Below are positions 49,091 through 57,936 of a DNA stretch of 64,000 nt, piece after piece. Position numbers and translations under genes: made by a program. The DNA is from Candidatus Nanosyncoccus sp. Lineage in GTDB: Bacteria > Patescibacteriota > Saccharimonadia > Saccharimonadales > Saccharimonadaceae. Numbering within the stretch: the first letter of the stretch is position 1; each line of letters begins with the position of its first letter. The notes under the pieces are model-generated. The model saw only the letters and a program-made list of their open reading frames with translations. It was not told the origin of the DNA and made no database searches. The stretch spans positions 36,399-100,398 of the forward strand of contig JAZQKE010000002.1 of the NCBI GenBank assembly GCA_045541995.1, read 5' to 3'.

Positions 49091-49870
49091 TTATTTCTCT
49101 GTGCGCACAAGTTTTTTCATAGCGTCAAATACTAACCTAACATCATCTACCGTACTCCCGCGCGATAAGTCCGAAACCGGTGCCTTAAACCCCTGCAGTA
49201 ATGGCCCAGCTGCTGTCATTTTGCCAAATTGCATCATAGATTTGTACAGAATATTCCCGGAGTTAAGATCTGGCGCTATCAATACATTTGCTTTGCCAGC
49301 CACTTTGGAGCCAGGAGCCTTTTTGGCCGCCACCCGTGGATTTATTGCCGTATCGAGCTGTAATTCTCCATCGATTTGAATCTCAGGATGCTCTGCTCTA
49401 ATTCTACGTACGACACTTTGTGCTTTTTCAATGGAAGGGTCTGTGCCACCACTTCCGAGGGTAGAGAATGATAAAATCGCTACTTTTGGGTCTTCTGATA
49501 ATAAACATTTTGCAGTCTGATAGGTCTGTAACACAATGTCAAAAAGTTGGTCCTCTGTTGGATTTTTGCAAGCAGCCACATCCCCAACCACATATTCATG
49601 ATTGCCGTCCTCATTCTGTGCAGACTGAGACTTCATCCAAAAAGCTGCAGAAAAAGTCTTGTCTGTCATACCAATAACATCACGACAAGCCAGAATCACA
49701 TCCCTTGATGTATGATCAATTCCTGCCACCAAAACATCAGCAATATTATTTTTTACGGCCGCGCAAGCTGCCTCCAAATTTTCGCACGAAACCGGTGTAA
49801 TATCAGTAGATTTCTGCACCGCCTCTTTGATGATTGGATTGTTCCATTCAGGAAAAGCGACTCTAATCAC
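49091..49870 (-). CDS. pta: Phosphate acetyltransferase (PTA_PTB)
   Basis: RVAFPE, PKVAILSFSTLGSG, DGELQLDTA, SKVAGKANVLIAPDLNSGNILYK, GPLLQG...PVSDLSRG. Confidence 0.9.
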   Translation of the reverse strand: MIRVAFPEWNNPIIKEAVQKSTDITPVSCENLEAACAAVKNNIADVLVAGIDHTSRDVILACRDVIGMTDKTFSAAFWMKSQSAQNEDGNHEYVVGDVAACKNPTEDQLFDIVLQTYQTAKCLLSEDPKVAILSFSTLGSGGTDPSIEKAQSVVRRIRAEHPEIQIDGELQLDTAINPRVAAKKAPGSKVAGKANVLIAPDLNSGNILYKSMMQFGKMTAAGPLLQGFKAPVSDLSRGSTVDDVRLVFDAMKKLVRTEK

Positions 49871-51191
49871 GAAAAACCTCCCTTATCCACGCATCTGCAG
49901 GCCCGGCTGTCATCAGCAGTATCAGACTACCATTAGCTCTTGCCTGCTTAATTTTTTTCGCTAATTCTGGGCCAGCTTCCGCGGGCTCGCCTACATCTGC
50001 GTTGTCCAAACTTTGTATAAAATCATCAGGCTGCAAAATTTTAAGTTCGGAGTCTTCGCGTACTAAATATGTTGGCAACCAATAAATTTTATTAGCACCC
50101 ACAAATGCACTTTTGTAATCATCAAAAACCTCGTGCTGTCTTGTATTTTGATGGGGTTCATATATCACTACCACACCATTTTTGTCTAGTCGGTTAGCTT
50201 CTTCTAATGCCATTTTAACAGTCGCAGCAATTTCCTCTGGATGGTGCCCATAGTCGGAATAAACTCCGTCTGTGATCCGCTCAAATCGTCGCCCGACACC
50301 AGGGAAGGAATTAAGTACTTCTATTACAAGTGACTCATCAATTACCCGGCCTTCATAATTGGGCCCATCTTCGAGTAGTGACTTACCAGCCTGTATCAAA
50401 TCAATATCCTCTACCATTTCAAAAATCGTTTGCATTGCCAGATTTGCATCGTATCTCCTCACTGGACCAGCTAAGTCGAACTTGTTGGAAAAATCGAGCG
50501 TTTCTGCATCGTTTTGTGAGACGGCAGCAGCCTCCAGATTACGTCCACGGATAACATTCTCGCTTTGTCCTTCAAACTTAGCGAAAGCCTGCAGATAGTC
50601 TAGCCTAGTTTTATAAATGTCTGGATGATCATAGCTAACCGTTGTAATTACAGCCAGCCAGGGGAAGAACCGCAAGAAGTTTCTATCGTATTCATCTGCC
50701 TCATAAATAAGAAAGCGCGATTTCTTATCGTACTTACCAGACTCAGCAAAACTAAGAGTCGTCCCCACCAGGTAAGAAATTGGGATCCCCAGCGATAGAG
50801 CCGTATAAACTATCATCGCAGTAGTAGTGGTCTTGCCATGGGTACCAGCGACGGCTACCATCTTTAACCCCATTTTTTCTACCAGATATGCGATCAGCTC
50901 ATCTCTCTTAGAAACTCTAATCCCTAGTTTTTTAGCAAGTACCAATTCTGGATGTTCATCAGGTAGAGCTGATGTATAAATAAACCAGTCCACATTTCCA
51001 AGATCAAACTGTTTCTGTAGAAACGATCCATCCTGCTTACCTATTTCCATCTTGATATCTGCCGCCACAAGCTCGCCTGTCACTGCCCCCTCCTGAGCAT
51101 CAGAGCCACAGACACCGATGCCCGCCTCCTTGCTCATCAAAGCCAGAGGTCCGAGACCAGTTCCAGAAATACCAGAAATATAGATATTCAT
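49863..51191 (-). CDS. murC: MurC/Mpl-family UDP-N-acetylmuramate amino-acid ligase
   Basis: GISGTGLGPLA, AVAGTHGKTTT, YEADEYDRNF, YDHPD, DYGHHPEEI, YEPHQ. Confidence 0.8.
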   Translation of the reverse strand: MNIYISGISGTGLGPLALMSKEAGIGVCGSDAQEGAVTGELVAADIKMEIGKQDGSFLQKQFDLGNVDWFIYTSALPDEHPELVLAKKLGIRVSKRDELIAYLVEKMGLKMVAVAGTHGKTTTTAMIVYTALSLGIPISYLVGTTLSFAESGKYDKKSRFLIYEADEYDRNFLRFFPWLAVITTVSYDHPDIYKTRLDYLQAFAKFEGQSENVIRGRNLEAAAVSQNDAETLDFSNKFDLAGPVRRYDANLAMQTIFEMVEDIDLIQAGKSLLEDGPNYEGRVIDESLVIEVLNSFPGVGRRFERITDGVYSDYGHHPEEIAATVKMALEEANRLDKNGVVVIYEPHQNTRQHEVFDDYKSAFVGANKIYWLPTYLVREDSELKILQPDDFIQSLDNADVGEPAEAGPELAKKIKQARANGSLILLMTAGPADAWIREVFRD

Positions 51192-51206
51192 GCTATAATT
51201 ATATCA
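51191..51206. promoter_or_regulatory. Overlapping back-to-back extended -10 promoters
   Basis: + strand TGCTATAAT 51191-51199; - strand TGATATAAT 51198-51206; divergent ATGs only 19 nt apart. Confidence 0.65.
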
Positions 51207-51210
51207 GGTT

Positions 51211-51912
51211 ATGGGTGGCTTCGATAAAAAACAACTTAAATTCTCACTTAAACAATTATCCAAAGTCAAGACTTGGCAGCTAATGATAATATTACTCCTG
51301 GTTTTGTTTATTGAAGCTACTTTGCTAAGATTCGATCATATCAAAATGACCGATCTCAAGGCTGCTGTTGTGGCCGCAGATGCCGAAGGAAACGATGAAA
51401 CCATTGCCAAATCGCTAGAAGAGCTACGCAATTTTACCTCTAGCCACACAGTCATTAATGTTGTAGAAAAAAACGGCAAATCATATGTTACTTTTGGCAC
51501 TGGTCCGATTTATTTAGAGCAGCAGTATATTAGAAAGGCGACTGCTGCGCTTGCCGAGGCCGAGGCAAATGCCAATACTGACGAAAATCCCAATGGTAAT
51601 GTCTTTGCTAAGGCAATGGATGTCTGCAAGCCGCAAGCCATTAATAATGGTTGGGCCTGGAATAGCCCAGAATATTTAGGCTGTATGACTGGCGAGATTG
51701 CGAAATATCCTACTACAGAGACCCTAGAGGATACTTACGCCGCGTCACTCCCATCTACTGCTCTGTTTCGTTACGAATTTGCCTCGCCTGTTTGGACTTT
51801 TACGCTTTCGGGCATTGTCGGAATTATTTGTATTATCCTGGCAGCAATCGTTTTCATTAGGGTTTTTATCTGGATAATCCTCCATATTGCCCTAATTTTT
51901 GTAAAAAATTAA
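51211..51912 (+). CDS. Hypothetical membrane protein (N- and C-terminal TM, ectodomain with Cys pair)
   Basis: 233 aa ORF with a hydrophobic segment at each end. Confidence 0.75.
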   Translation: MGGFDKKQLKFSLKQLSKVKTWQLMIILLLVLFIEATLLRFDHIKMTDLKAAVVAADAEGNDETIAKSLEELRNFTSSHTVINVVEKNGKSYVTFGTGPIYLEQQYIRKATAALAEAEANANTDENPNGNVFAKAMDVCKPQAINNGWAWNSPEYLGCMTGEIAKYPTTETLEDTYAASLPSTALFRYEFASPVWTFTLSGIVGIICIILAAIVFIRVFIWIILHIALIFVKN

Positions 51913-51921
51913 GAAAACCCC

Positions 51922-51950
51922 TTGACATCTGGGGCTTGGGGTCATAAGAT
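51922..51950 (+). promoter_or_regulatory. Near-consensus sigma70 promoter
   Basis: TTGACA-17 nt-TAAGAT; SD AAGGAGG before ATG 51978. Confidence 0.7.
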
Positions 51951-51977
51951 AAGAAGTACAACAACTAAGGAGGAATT

Positions 51978-52181
51978 ATGGCCTACCAACATACTAACAG
52001 CAAAGGTGTTACCTACTACCTACGTCAGAGCGAAGTCACTCTCCGTGGTGGCAAGAAGCAGACTATCTACTTCTTCACAAAGACCGCAGAAGGCGGCAAG
52101 GGTACCCCAGTTGATCTTCCAGCAGATCGCGTTGTTAACGAAAACCCACGCAACGGTTTCTTGACTCTCAAGAAAAAATAA
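51978..52181 (+). CDS. Small basic hypothetical protein
   Basis: 67 aa, flanked by a strong promoter, SD and terminator; highly biased codons. Confidence 0.8.
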   Translation: MAYQHTNSKGVTYYLRQSEVTLRGGKKQTIYFFTKTAEGGKGTPVDLPADRVVNENPRNGFLTLKKK

Positions 52182-52196
52182 TCCACCGTTATGGTC

Positions 52197-52225
52197 AAAA
52201 AGCCGAGCGTAAGGCTCGGCTTTTT
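52197..52225 (+). terminator. Rho-independent terminator
   Basis: AAAA-AGCCGAGC-GTAAG-GCTCGGCT-TTTT. Confidence 0.9.
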
Positions 52226-52258
52226 GATTGCCTGATTAATAAGTGTTAAACTATTATT

Positions 52259-52963
52259 ATGAAAATTGGCGTTTTTGACTCTGGCTATGGCGGCATCACT
52301 ATACTTACTGCTATCAAAAAGCTTCTCCCCCATGAAAAATATTCCTACATTGCTGATTCCGAAAATTGCCCCTATGGGGAAAAATCAGATGAAGACCTAC
52401 ATCATATTGTTACTTGCAATGTAGAGAAGCTCAAGAAATGGGGAGCTAAAATCATTGTTATTGCCTGCAACACAGCCACCGTTAAATGTATTGCACAATT
52501 AAGAAAAGATTATCCAGAAATCAGATTCGTCGGTACGGAGCCAGCTATTAATCTTGCGACTCGACGTCGCTCGACAAAGAATATTCTTGTTCTTGCCACG
52601 CCTGGCACCGTCCATTCCGAGCGCACACTCAAGCTAGAAAAAAGAGCTAAGCTACCTGGCCAAAACATCCAGCTCCTAGCCTGTCCTGGTCTCGCTGATG
52701 CTATCGAACAGAGCATTCATATCGTTAATCATGATAGAGTCGAGACTGCAAGAGTAAATGAACGTAGTTATCCTATGCTTAGCCAGCTCTTAGACCAGCT
52801 GCTACCAGACGATTGCACCGCTTATGATGCAGTTGTTTTGGGCTGCACACACTATCCGCTGATTTTGCCACTTTTTAAACAAAAATTTCCCCACGCCACC
52901 ATTGTTGATGGTAGCCGGGGTGTAGCTAGACAAGTGGCGCGTTTATGCCGAAAAAGTTCATAA
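52259..52963 (+). CDS. murI: Glutamate racemase
   Basis: IGVFDSGYGG, PYGEK, IACNTAT, VGTEPAI, VVLGCTHYP, VDGSRGVARQ. Confidence 0.95.
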   Translation: MKIGVFDSGYGGITILTAIKKLLPHEKYSYIADSENCPYGEKSDEDLHHIVTCNVEKLKKWGAKIIVIACNTATVKCIAQLRKDYPEIRFVGTEPAINLATRRRSTKNILVLATPGTVHSERTLKLEKRAKLPGQNIQLLACPGLADAIEQSIHIVNHDRVETARVNERSYPMLSQLLDQLLPDDCTAYDAVVLGCTHYPLILPLFKQKFPHATIVDGSRGVARQVARLCRKSS

Positions 52964-52969
52964 ACTTGC

Positions 52970-53491
52970 TTACAAAAACCTAGTCTTGATTTTTTTGCCG
53001 CTTTCGCAATGCTTGTAAAATTCGGGGCAAGATAGATTTCTTTGCGGCGCACCGTACTCATACATAACAAGATTCTGTGGGTTATATTTGCCACCGAGCT
53101 CTTTATCAATGAATTTTTTGTGAACATCGGAAAGTGCACTTTCCAGATTATCATACTCATGCAATCCACGCATGATTTCCCAAGCATGCTCATACCAAAA
53201 CACTTTACCACCATGTTCAAAAATTGTAAATGAATGAGTCGGGTCCCTGTCACCGTCATAGTGAACAATAAAAAACGAACGCGTGGCAATATCAGCATCA
53301 GCAAAAAGTTTTCTTTGTAGCTCGGTCTGGTCCCAACAAACACCAAGGCAACTCTCTAGTAATTGGTCCGGCATTTGTAGCATGTAGTTTTCGCCGTAGC
53401 CTTCCATATCGGTATGCTTGCCACCAGTATTGTCAACCCACCCATACTGAATCGGAGACATCTTTGCATTAATCTCTTTTATGAATTCCAT
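52970..53491 (-). CDS. Hypothetical protein, possibly transglutaminase/papain-like fold
   Basis: GVCWDQTEL...THSF..F..GGKVFWYE gives a Cys...His spacing; TGCTAAACT 6 nt upstream of the ATG. Confidence 0.6.
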   Translation of the reverse strand: MEFIKEINAKMSPIQYGWVDNTGGKHTDMEGYGENYMLQMPDQLLESCLGVCWDQTELQRKLFADADIATRSFFIVHYDGDRDPTHSFTIFEHGGKVFWYEHAWEIMRGLHEYDNLESALSDVHKKFIDKELGGKYNPQNLVMYEYGAPQRNLSCPEFYKHCESGKKIKTRFL

Positions 53492-53524
53492 GATTTTAGT
53501 TTAGCATGGTAGGTGCCCACCGTC

Positions 53525-53545
53525 AAAAATCGGCCAAAATGCCGA
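53525..53545 (-). terminator. Copy of the tRNA-downstream terminator (putative original attB flank)
   Basis: TCGGC-ATTTTG-GCCGA-TTTTT on the - strand; near-identical copies at 57902-57923 and 58829-58850. Confidence 0.7.
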
Positions 53546-53558
53546 CTCATATAAAACC

Positions 53559-53568
53559 TGGTGGGGGC
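53559..53568 (-). repeat. tRNA 3'-end duplication GCCCCCACCA (att core R3)
   Basis: TGGTGGGGGC on +, identical to 58864-58873. Confidence 0.9.
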
Positions 53569-53594
53569 AGTTTAAGTAAGCATTAACAATCTAT

Positions 53595-53622
53595 AAAAAA
53601 GGCTACGTTTCGTAGCCTTTTT
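53595..53622. terminator. Bidirectional Rho-independent terminator
   Basis: AAAAAA-GGCTACG-TTT-CGTAGCC-TTTTT. Confidence 0.85.
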
Positions 53623-53632
53623 AGGAGGTTAG

Positions 53633-54355
53633 TCAAAGTGTTTTGCCTCTAGTATTATCCAATACCCTGAAGAGATTTTCCGACGGCATTAAGCTATAAA
53701 AGCTAAATCCTCCGCCTGGTTTTGGGAGAGGCTTAACTCCGTATTCTCCCCAAATTCGAGCTGCTTTCTCATTATTATAGCTGTTGTCCCACCATCCTGG
53801 TCTAGGAGAATCTCCGTTTGGAATAAAATATGCCTCAGTATTCTTCAGACACTTTTCTGGCTTCCATCTCCCAATGAACATAAGTTGATTACGGTATAGT
53901 AACGAATTCGCTCGCATATAATTGGTAGAGGACTGCTTTATTGCGGCTATCTTCTCATCTTTATATGGGTTTGGGTCATCGGCAAAGAAAGGGATTTTAC
54001 TATAATACCATAACCAAGATATGTATCTATGAAACACTTTTTGAGTTAGTCCCATAGCAGTACATGGTGCCCCGCCGATAAAGAATATCCTCGCGATTTG
54101 ATCTGACCGATATGCCGCCATCTCATATGCAACGGCTGCGCCAAATCCACCTTGCGCATGTATCTCAAACCTTTCATGATGTTCATTAAAAAAATTAACC
54201 ACACTTTCTCGTATGCCACGGATAATCAAGTTATCACCATTATACTGAAAAATTTGCACATGCGTGTTATAATGACGAGAAATATCGTTGGCATACCATG
54301 ATTCCGTATCTACAGAATCGCCTTCCGCTGGTATAATCAGAATACCATCTGTCAT
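53633..54355 (-). CDS. Thioesterase-like alpha/beta-hydrolase fold protein with degenerate nucleophile
   Basis: HAQGGFGAAVAYEMA resembles the GHSMGAxxAFExA nucleophile elbow but lacks Ser; ATG 54355 follows the SD-like GGGGTG. Confidence 0.5.
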   Translation of the reverse strand: MTDGILIIPAEGDSVDTESWYANDISRHYNTHVQIFQYNGDNLIIRGIRESVVNFFNEHHERFEIHAQGGFGAAVAYEMAAYRSDQIARIFFIGGAPCTAMGLTQKVFHRYISWLWYYSKIPFFADDPNPYKDEKIAAIKQSSTNYMRANSLLYRNQLMFIGRWKPEKCLKNTEAYFIPNGDSPRPGWWDNSYNNEKAARIWGEYGVKPLPKPGGGFSFYSLMPSENLFRVLDNTRGKTL

Positions 54356-54557
54356 TTTATCACCCCCTGTTAAGATACAACCTCCTTTTATATTATAACA
54401 TAATTTGTGTATTTTTGCTACATTTCGTTTCGCAATATTGACAGACATTTGCCGCTAAACAATCAATCAAACGCCTGCTCAGATAAAAACGTTAATACTA
54501 TTCGGTAAAGAGGTTCTATGCCATTTCCTATAGGAAAAAATGGTATAATAACACTAT

Positions 54558-55100
54558 ATGGAAAAATATGTAATTCTACACGGAAGTTTTGGGTCTAATA
54601 AAGGAAATTGGTTCCCATGGTTAAAGAAAGAATTGCAAAGTAAGGGCAAGCAAGTTTCTGCTCCACAAATGCCAGTTGGTGTCGGAAAACAAAATTTTGA
54701 ATCTTGGAGTAATGAGTTAGATAAACTGATAATTGATGAAAATACTATAATCATTGCCCATAGTATTGCTCCAGTCTTTGTTTGCAAATATCTAATCAAG
54801 AATGATATAAGAGTTAAAAAACTCATTTTCGTCTGCGGTTTTAATAATTATTTAGGGATTAATTCCGACTACGATGCAGTAAACGAGCCAATGTATTTTG
54901 ATAATCTTGGAGACGTGAAAAAGTATTGCGATGATATAGTTTGCTTCTATTCGGATAATGATCCATATGTAAAGTTTGATGTCGAAAAACAATTTGCCGA
55001 TACTATTACTGGCAAACAGATTGTCATAAAGGATGGTGGTCATCTTAATTCAGAAAGTGGCTTTAATAAATTCGAAGAAATATTAAGCTACATTAACTAG
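54558..55100 (+). CDS. RBBP9/YdeN family alpha/beta hydrolase
   Basis: ILHGSFG, NWFPWLKKEL, IIAHSIA, SDNDPYV, GGHLN. Confidence 0.85.
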   Translation: MEKYVILHGSFGSNKGNWFPWLKKELQSKGKQVSAPQMPVGVGKQNFESWSNELDKLIIDENTIIIAHSIAPVFVCKYLIKNDIRVKKLIFVCGFNNYLGINSDYDAVNEPMYFDNLGDVKKYCDDIVCFYSDNDPYVKFDVEKQFADTITGKQIVIKDGGHLNSESGFNKFEEILSYIN

Positions 55101-55263
55101 ACCAAATTGCTGGGGATTTAACGGACAAAATTATAGAGGTAGATTTTGGTTTTTTATGCGTTTTTGTCGCAAAAATGGCATAAAAATAGCCCTCTGTTTT
55201 CGCAAGGGATTTAACGGACATTTACAGGTTAGCGAATAGTTGAAACCTATTTCATAAACCGTT

Positions 55264-55274
55264 TGGTGGGGGCG
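55264..55274 (-). repeat. tRNA 3'-end duplication CGCCCCCACCA (att core R2)
   Basis: TGGTGGGGGCG on +. Confidence 0.9.
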
Positions 55275-55335
55275 AATTGTCCAAGCATTAACAATCTACA
55301 AGAAGATATCGGGCTAAAATTGCTAAATACGCCAT

Positions 55336-55431
55336 AAAAAAAGTTTCCGTCGGAGCAGAATGCTTCGCCCTCGTGAACATCAATAAATGAAAGCTCCGAA
55401 CCTGCGTTACAACGCTGCCCGACGAGCTTTC
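55336..55431 (-). ncRNA. Candidate small RNA
   Basis: TATAAT at 55436-55441 (-), long 5' stem-loop GAAAGCTC...GAGCTTTC with internal GCGTT/AACGC helix, imperfect 3' stem and T7 tract. Confidence 0.35.
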
Positions 55432-55634
55432 GTTAATTATATTAAACTGATATTGGACTTCATTTTTCAATTTGATGGGATGTAATTTTGATTTTCTGCT
55501 ACCAATACTATGGTCGTTGGTTTTGGGATGAAAGTATTAGTAATTATACCCGGTAAATATGCTATAATTATAGAGTAGTCTGAGGGATAAATCCTCAAGA
55601 ACATTAACTTTACACTATTTGGGAGGTGACTGTG

Positions 55635-56756
55635 ATGAAAACAGTTATGAAAATCGTACTCACCGGAGGCCCCTGCGCCGGAAAAACCACGGCGCTGAGC
55701 TGGATCTCCAATTACTTTGGCAAGATGGGCTGGCGAACTTTAATCGTCAATGAAGCGGCAACAGAACTGATTACCGCAGGGATTTTCCCCATGGACTTTG
55801 ACGATCCGCTGTTCTTCCAGAGTATTCTACTGGATACTCAAATGTTAAAAGAACGGAACTGCGTTGATGCAGCTTACGAGCTGAAAGATGCCGATAAAGT
55901 TCTAGTCGTCTGCGATCGCGGAATGCGTGATAACAAGGCTTATATGACCGACGAGCAGTTCGAGGTTTGTCTTGACCGACTCGGCGTAGCCGCACGCGAG
56001 GCTGTAAATAGCTACGATGCGGTGTTCCATCTCGTGACGGCAGCAGACGGCGCAGAGGAGTTTTATACTCTTGCGAATAATGCAGCACGGAGCGAGGACT
56101 TAAAAGAAGCTCGTGTGCTGGATCAGAAAACCCAGAACGCCTGGGTTGGGCATCCGCATCTGCGCGTCATCAAGAACGAAGGGAGCTTTGAGGACAAGCT
56201 GAAGAAACTGCTTTCGGAGATTTCTATCGTGCTCGGCGAGCCGGAGCCGTTCGAGATTGAGCGGAAGTACCTGATCGAGTACCCGGATTTGACGCTTCTT
56301 CGCGAGATGCCAAACTGTCAGGAGGTGGAGATTCTCCAGACTTATCTACGTAGCGGCAATGAGAACGACGAGGTGCGCGTGCGCCAGAGGGAAGTGGACG
56401 GAAACTATACCTTCACGAAGACAATCAAGCGCTGGACAGAGGACCCGACAAAGCGCGTGGAGATTGAAAAGCGCATCTCTAGGGATGAATACCTGAAAGC
56501 CCTAATGGACGCTTATCCCGGCCCGAACTCGATTCGCAAGACGCGGTTCTGCGTTATGCAACGCGAAACCGGCCAGTATCTCGAAATCGACATTTACCCG
56601 ACATCGGATAAATATGCGATTCTCGAAGTAGAGTTTGTCTCGACCGAAGACCAGCTCATTGCGCCGAGCTTCATCAAGGTCGTTAAGGAAGTCACCGGGG
56701 ATAAAGACTATCTTAACTTCAACATTGCTTTCAGAGGGAATCGGCTGCCTGAATAA
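55635..56756 (+). CDS. AAA_28-type P-loop NTPase fused to a CYTH (adenylate cyclase/triphosphatase-like) domain
   Basis: KIVLTGGPCAGKTT, LVVCDRG, HPHLRVI; EIERKYLI (ExExK), RVRQR, EIEKRI, RKTR, LEIDIY, ILEVE; SD GGAGG. Confidence 0.85.
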   Translation: MKTVMKIVLTGGPCAGKTTALSWISNYFGKMGWRTLIVNEAATELITAGIFPMDFDDPLFFQSILLDTQMLKERNCVDAAYELKDADKVLVVCDRGMRDNKAYMTDEQFEVCLDRLGVAAREAVNSYDAVFHLVTAADGAEEFYTLANNAARSEDLKEARVLDQKTQNAWVGHPHLRVIKNEGSFEDKLKKLLSEISIVLGEPEPFEIERKYLIEYPDLTLLREMPNCQEVEILQTYLRSGNENDEVRVRQREVDGNYTFTKTIKRWTEDPTKRVEIEKRISRDEYLKALMDAYPGPNSIRKTRFCVMQRETGQYLEIDIYPTSDKYAILEVEFVSTEDQLIAPSFIKVVKEVTGDKDYLNFNIAFRGNRLPE

Positions 56757-56768
56757 TTGTAATACATG

Positions 56769-56795
56769 AAAACCCGTTCGAGAGAGCGGGTTTTT
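56769..56795 (+). terminator. Rho-independent terminator
   Basis: AAAACCCGTTC-GAGA-GAGCGGGTTTTT. Confidence 0.8.
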
Positions 56796-56813
56796 AACTT
56801 ATATTAAATTAAT

Positions 56814-56837
56814 ATAGCCTCACTGTAGTGAGGCTAT
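56814..56837 (-). terminator. Hairpin, probable terminator of the convergent gene
   Basis: ATAGCCTCAC-TGTA-GTGAGGCTAT perfect 10-bp stem. Confidence 0.65.
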
Positions 56838-56851
56838 GTTTTTGCAGAAAT

Positions 56852-57643
56852 TTAGAGCCATCTTTCTGTCCTGAAGATTTCCCAAGGCTGTGCCTTTCCG
56901 TCTACGAAATTACCCTGTACGGCAAATCTATAAAGTTTATCTTCCAATAGCCTATGCTTTTGTCTGATAAGCTCAAATACTATATCGTTAAAGAAATTGC
57001 TGACGAGGCTATCTTTGAGCGGCTGATACCGCTTTGGGACGTTAATGTTTACTAACTCTGCATTATAATGACAGTCGCTAGTCAGAAAAGCGATTCGCTC
57101 ATCACGCTGTTTAATATATGCATCGTGAGAGACTTTGAATTTCGCGATGGCTTCATTTTTCATCAGGTCAATCCGTTTCTCAACAAATAAAAGCTCATCC
57201 CAGGGTATTATAAATCTTTCATGTATGGCTAAACCCTGAGTGAGTTCGTGCCCATCAAAAGCTTTACCAACAAACTCAACTATAAGACTGTCTTCGATGG
57301 TAAAAACTGAATTAAAACCACCGTCGTATAGGTAACGTGGGCAGCCCGGTTCTTTGGTAGATATCAATAAAAGTACACCCTCGTTGCTCTGTTTGTTAAT
57401 TTTTTCAATCAGAGCTGGTATTTCATTTGTGTATCCGTTGGCCCCAGGCACGACATTTTTCATAGATTGTCCAATAGGCATATCCATGCGACATGGGGCG
57501 AAACTCCCGTGTCTATCTTTTATAGATTCCCATTCTTTCAGATTACTGATGATATCAATATTCTTGAAAGGTGTAACCCTCGGTAAATATTTGTTAAGAA
57601 GCACGATCCCTTTTGCTTTGCCATAATTCATAGGGTTTCTCAT
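56852..57643 (-). CDS. Hypothetical protein
   Basis: 263 aa ORF with SD AGGAGGTG and TGTTATAAT upstream; no motif recognised. Confidence 0.75.
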   Translation of the reverse strand: MRNPMNYGKAKGIVLLNKYLPRVTPFKNIDIISNLKEWESIKDRHGSFAPCRMDMPIGQSMKNVVPGANGYTNEIPALIEKINKQSNEGVLLLISTKEPGCPRYLYDGGFNSVFTIEDSLIVEFVGKAFDGHELTQGLAIHERFIIPWDELLFVEKRIDLMKNEAIAKFKVSHDAYIKQRDERIAFLTSDCHYNAELVNINVPKRYQPLKDSLVSNFFNDIVFELIRQKHRLLEDKLYRFAVQGNFVDGKAQPWEIFRTERWL

Positions 57644-57936
57644 AAAACAACACCTCCTTCTATACGATTGCCCTATTTCTCTGCTGGAAATGTACAGGCT
57701 CCCACCAGACTTTTTTCATTATAACATAGTTATGGACAAAAGTAAAATAGATACGTGGGCAGGTTTTATATGGTTAGATTGTTTAGGGTATTAACAGACG
57801 ATTTATAGAGTCAAAATGCGCTTTCTGGCGCATTTTTCGTGCAAATTTTGTACAAAATAGCAACCTAGAACCTGAAAGGTACTTAACAGAAATCTACTAC
57901 TAAAAAATCGGCTAAAATGCCGACTCATATAAAATT

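Larger units (their letters stand above)
53559..55273. mobile_element. Integrase-less tRNA-targeted mini-islet 3 (~1.7 kb; two alpha/beta-hydrolase-fold genes)
   Basis: Bounded by tRNA 3'-end direct repeats; conserved GCATTAACAATCTA arm on the left, two GGATTTAACGGACA boxes on the right. Confidence 0.7.

Noticed and set aside
55101-55262. Classical integron attC sites (ATTTAAC/ACTTAAC resemble RYYYAAC)
   Set aside because: No matching GTTRRRY core closes a palindrome at the expected place, the boxes are direct rather than inverted, and there is no intI or attI
55343-55378. c-di-GMP-I riboswitch (CACGAGGGCGAAGCATTC on - resembles its P1/P2 start)
   Set aside because: It lacks the GNRA-capped P2, the tetraloop receptor and P3, and no downstream gene is in that orientation
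55288-55470. 60-aa ORF on the - strand
   Set aside because: No SD or properly placed promoter and no recognisable motif; it overlaps the structured RNA candidate and the att arm
57698-57710. Inverted partial copy of the att core (GCTCCCACCAGAC)
   Set aside because: 11/13 identity only, no arm boxes at the expected offsets; plausibly chance
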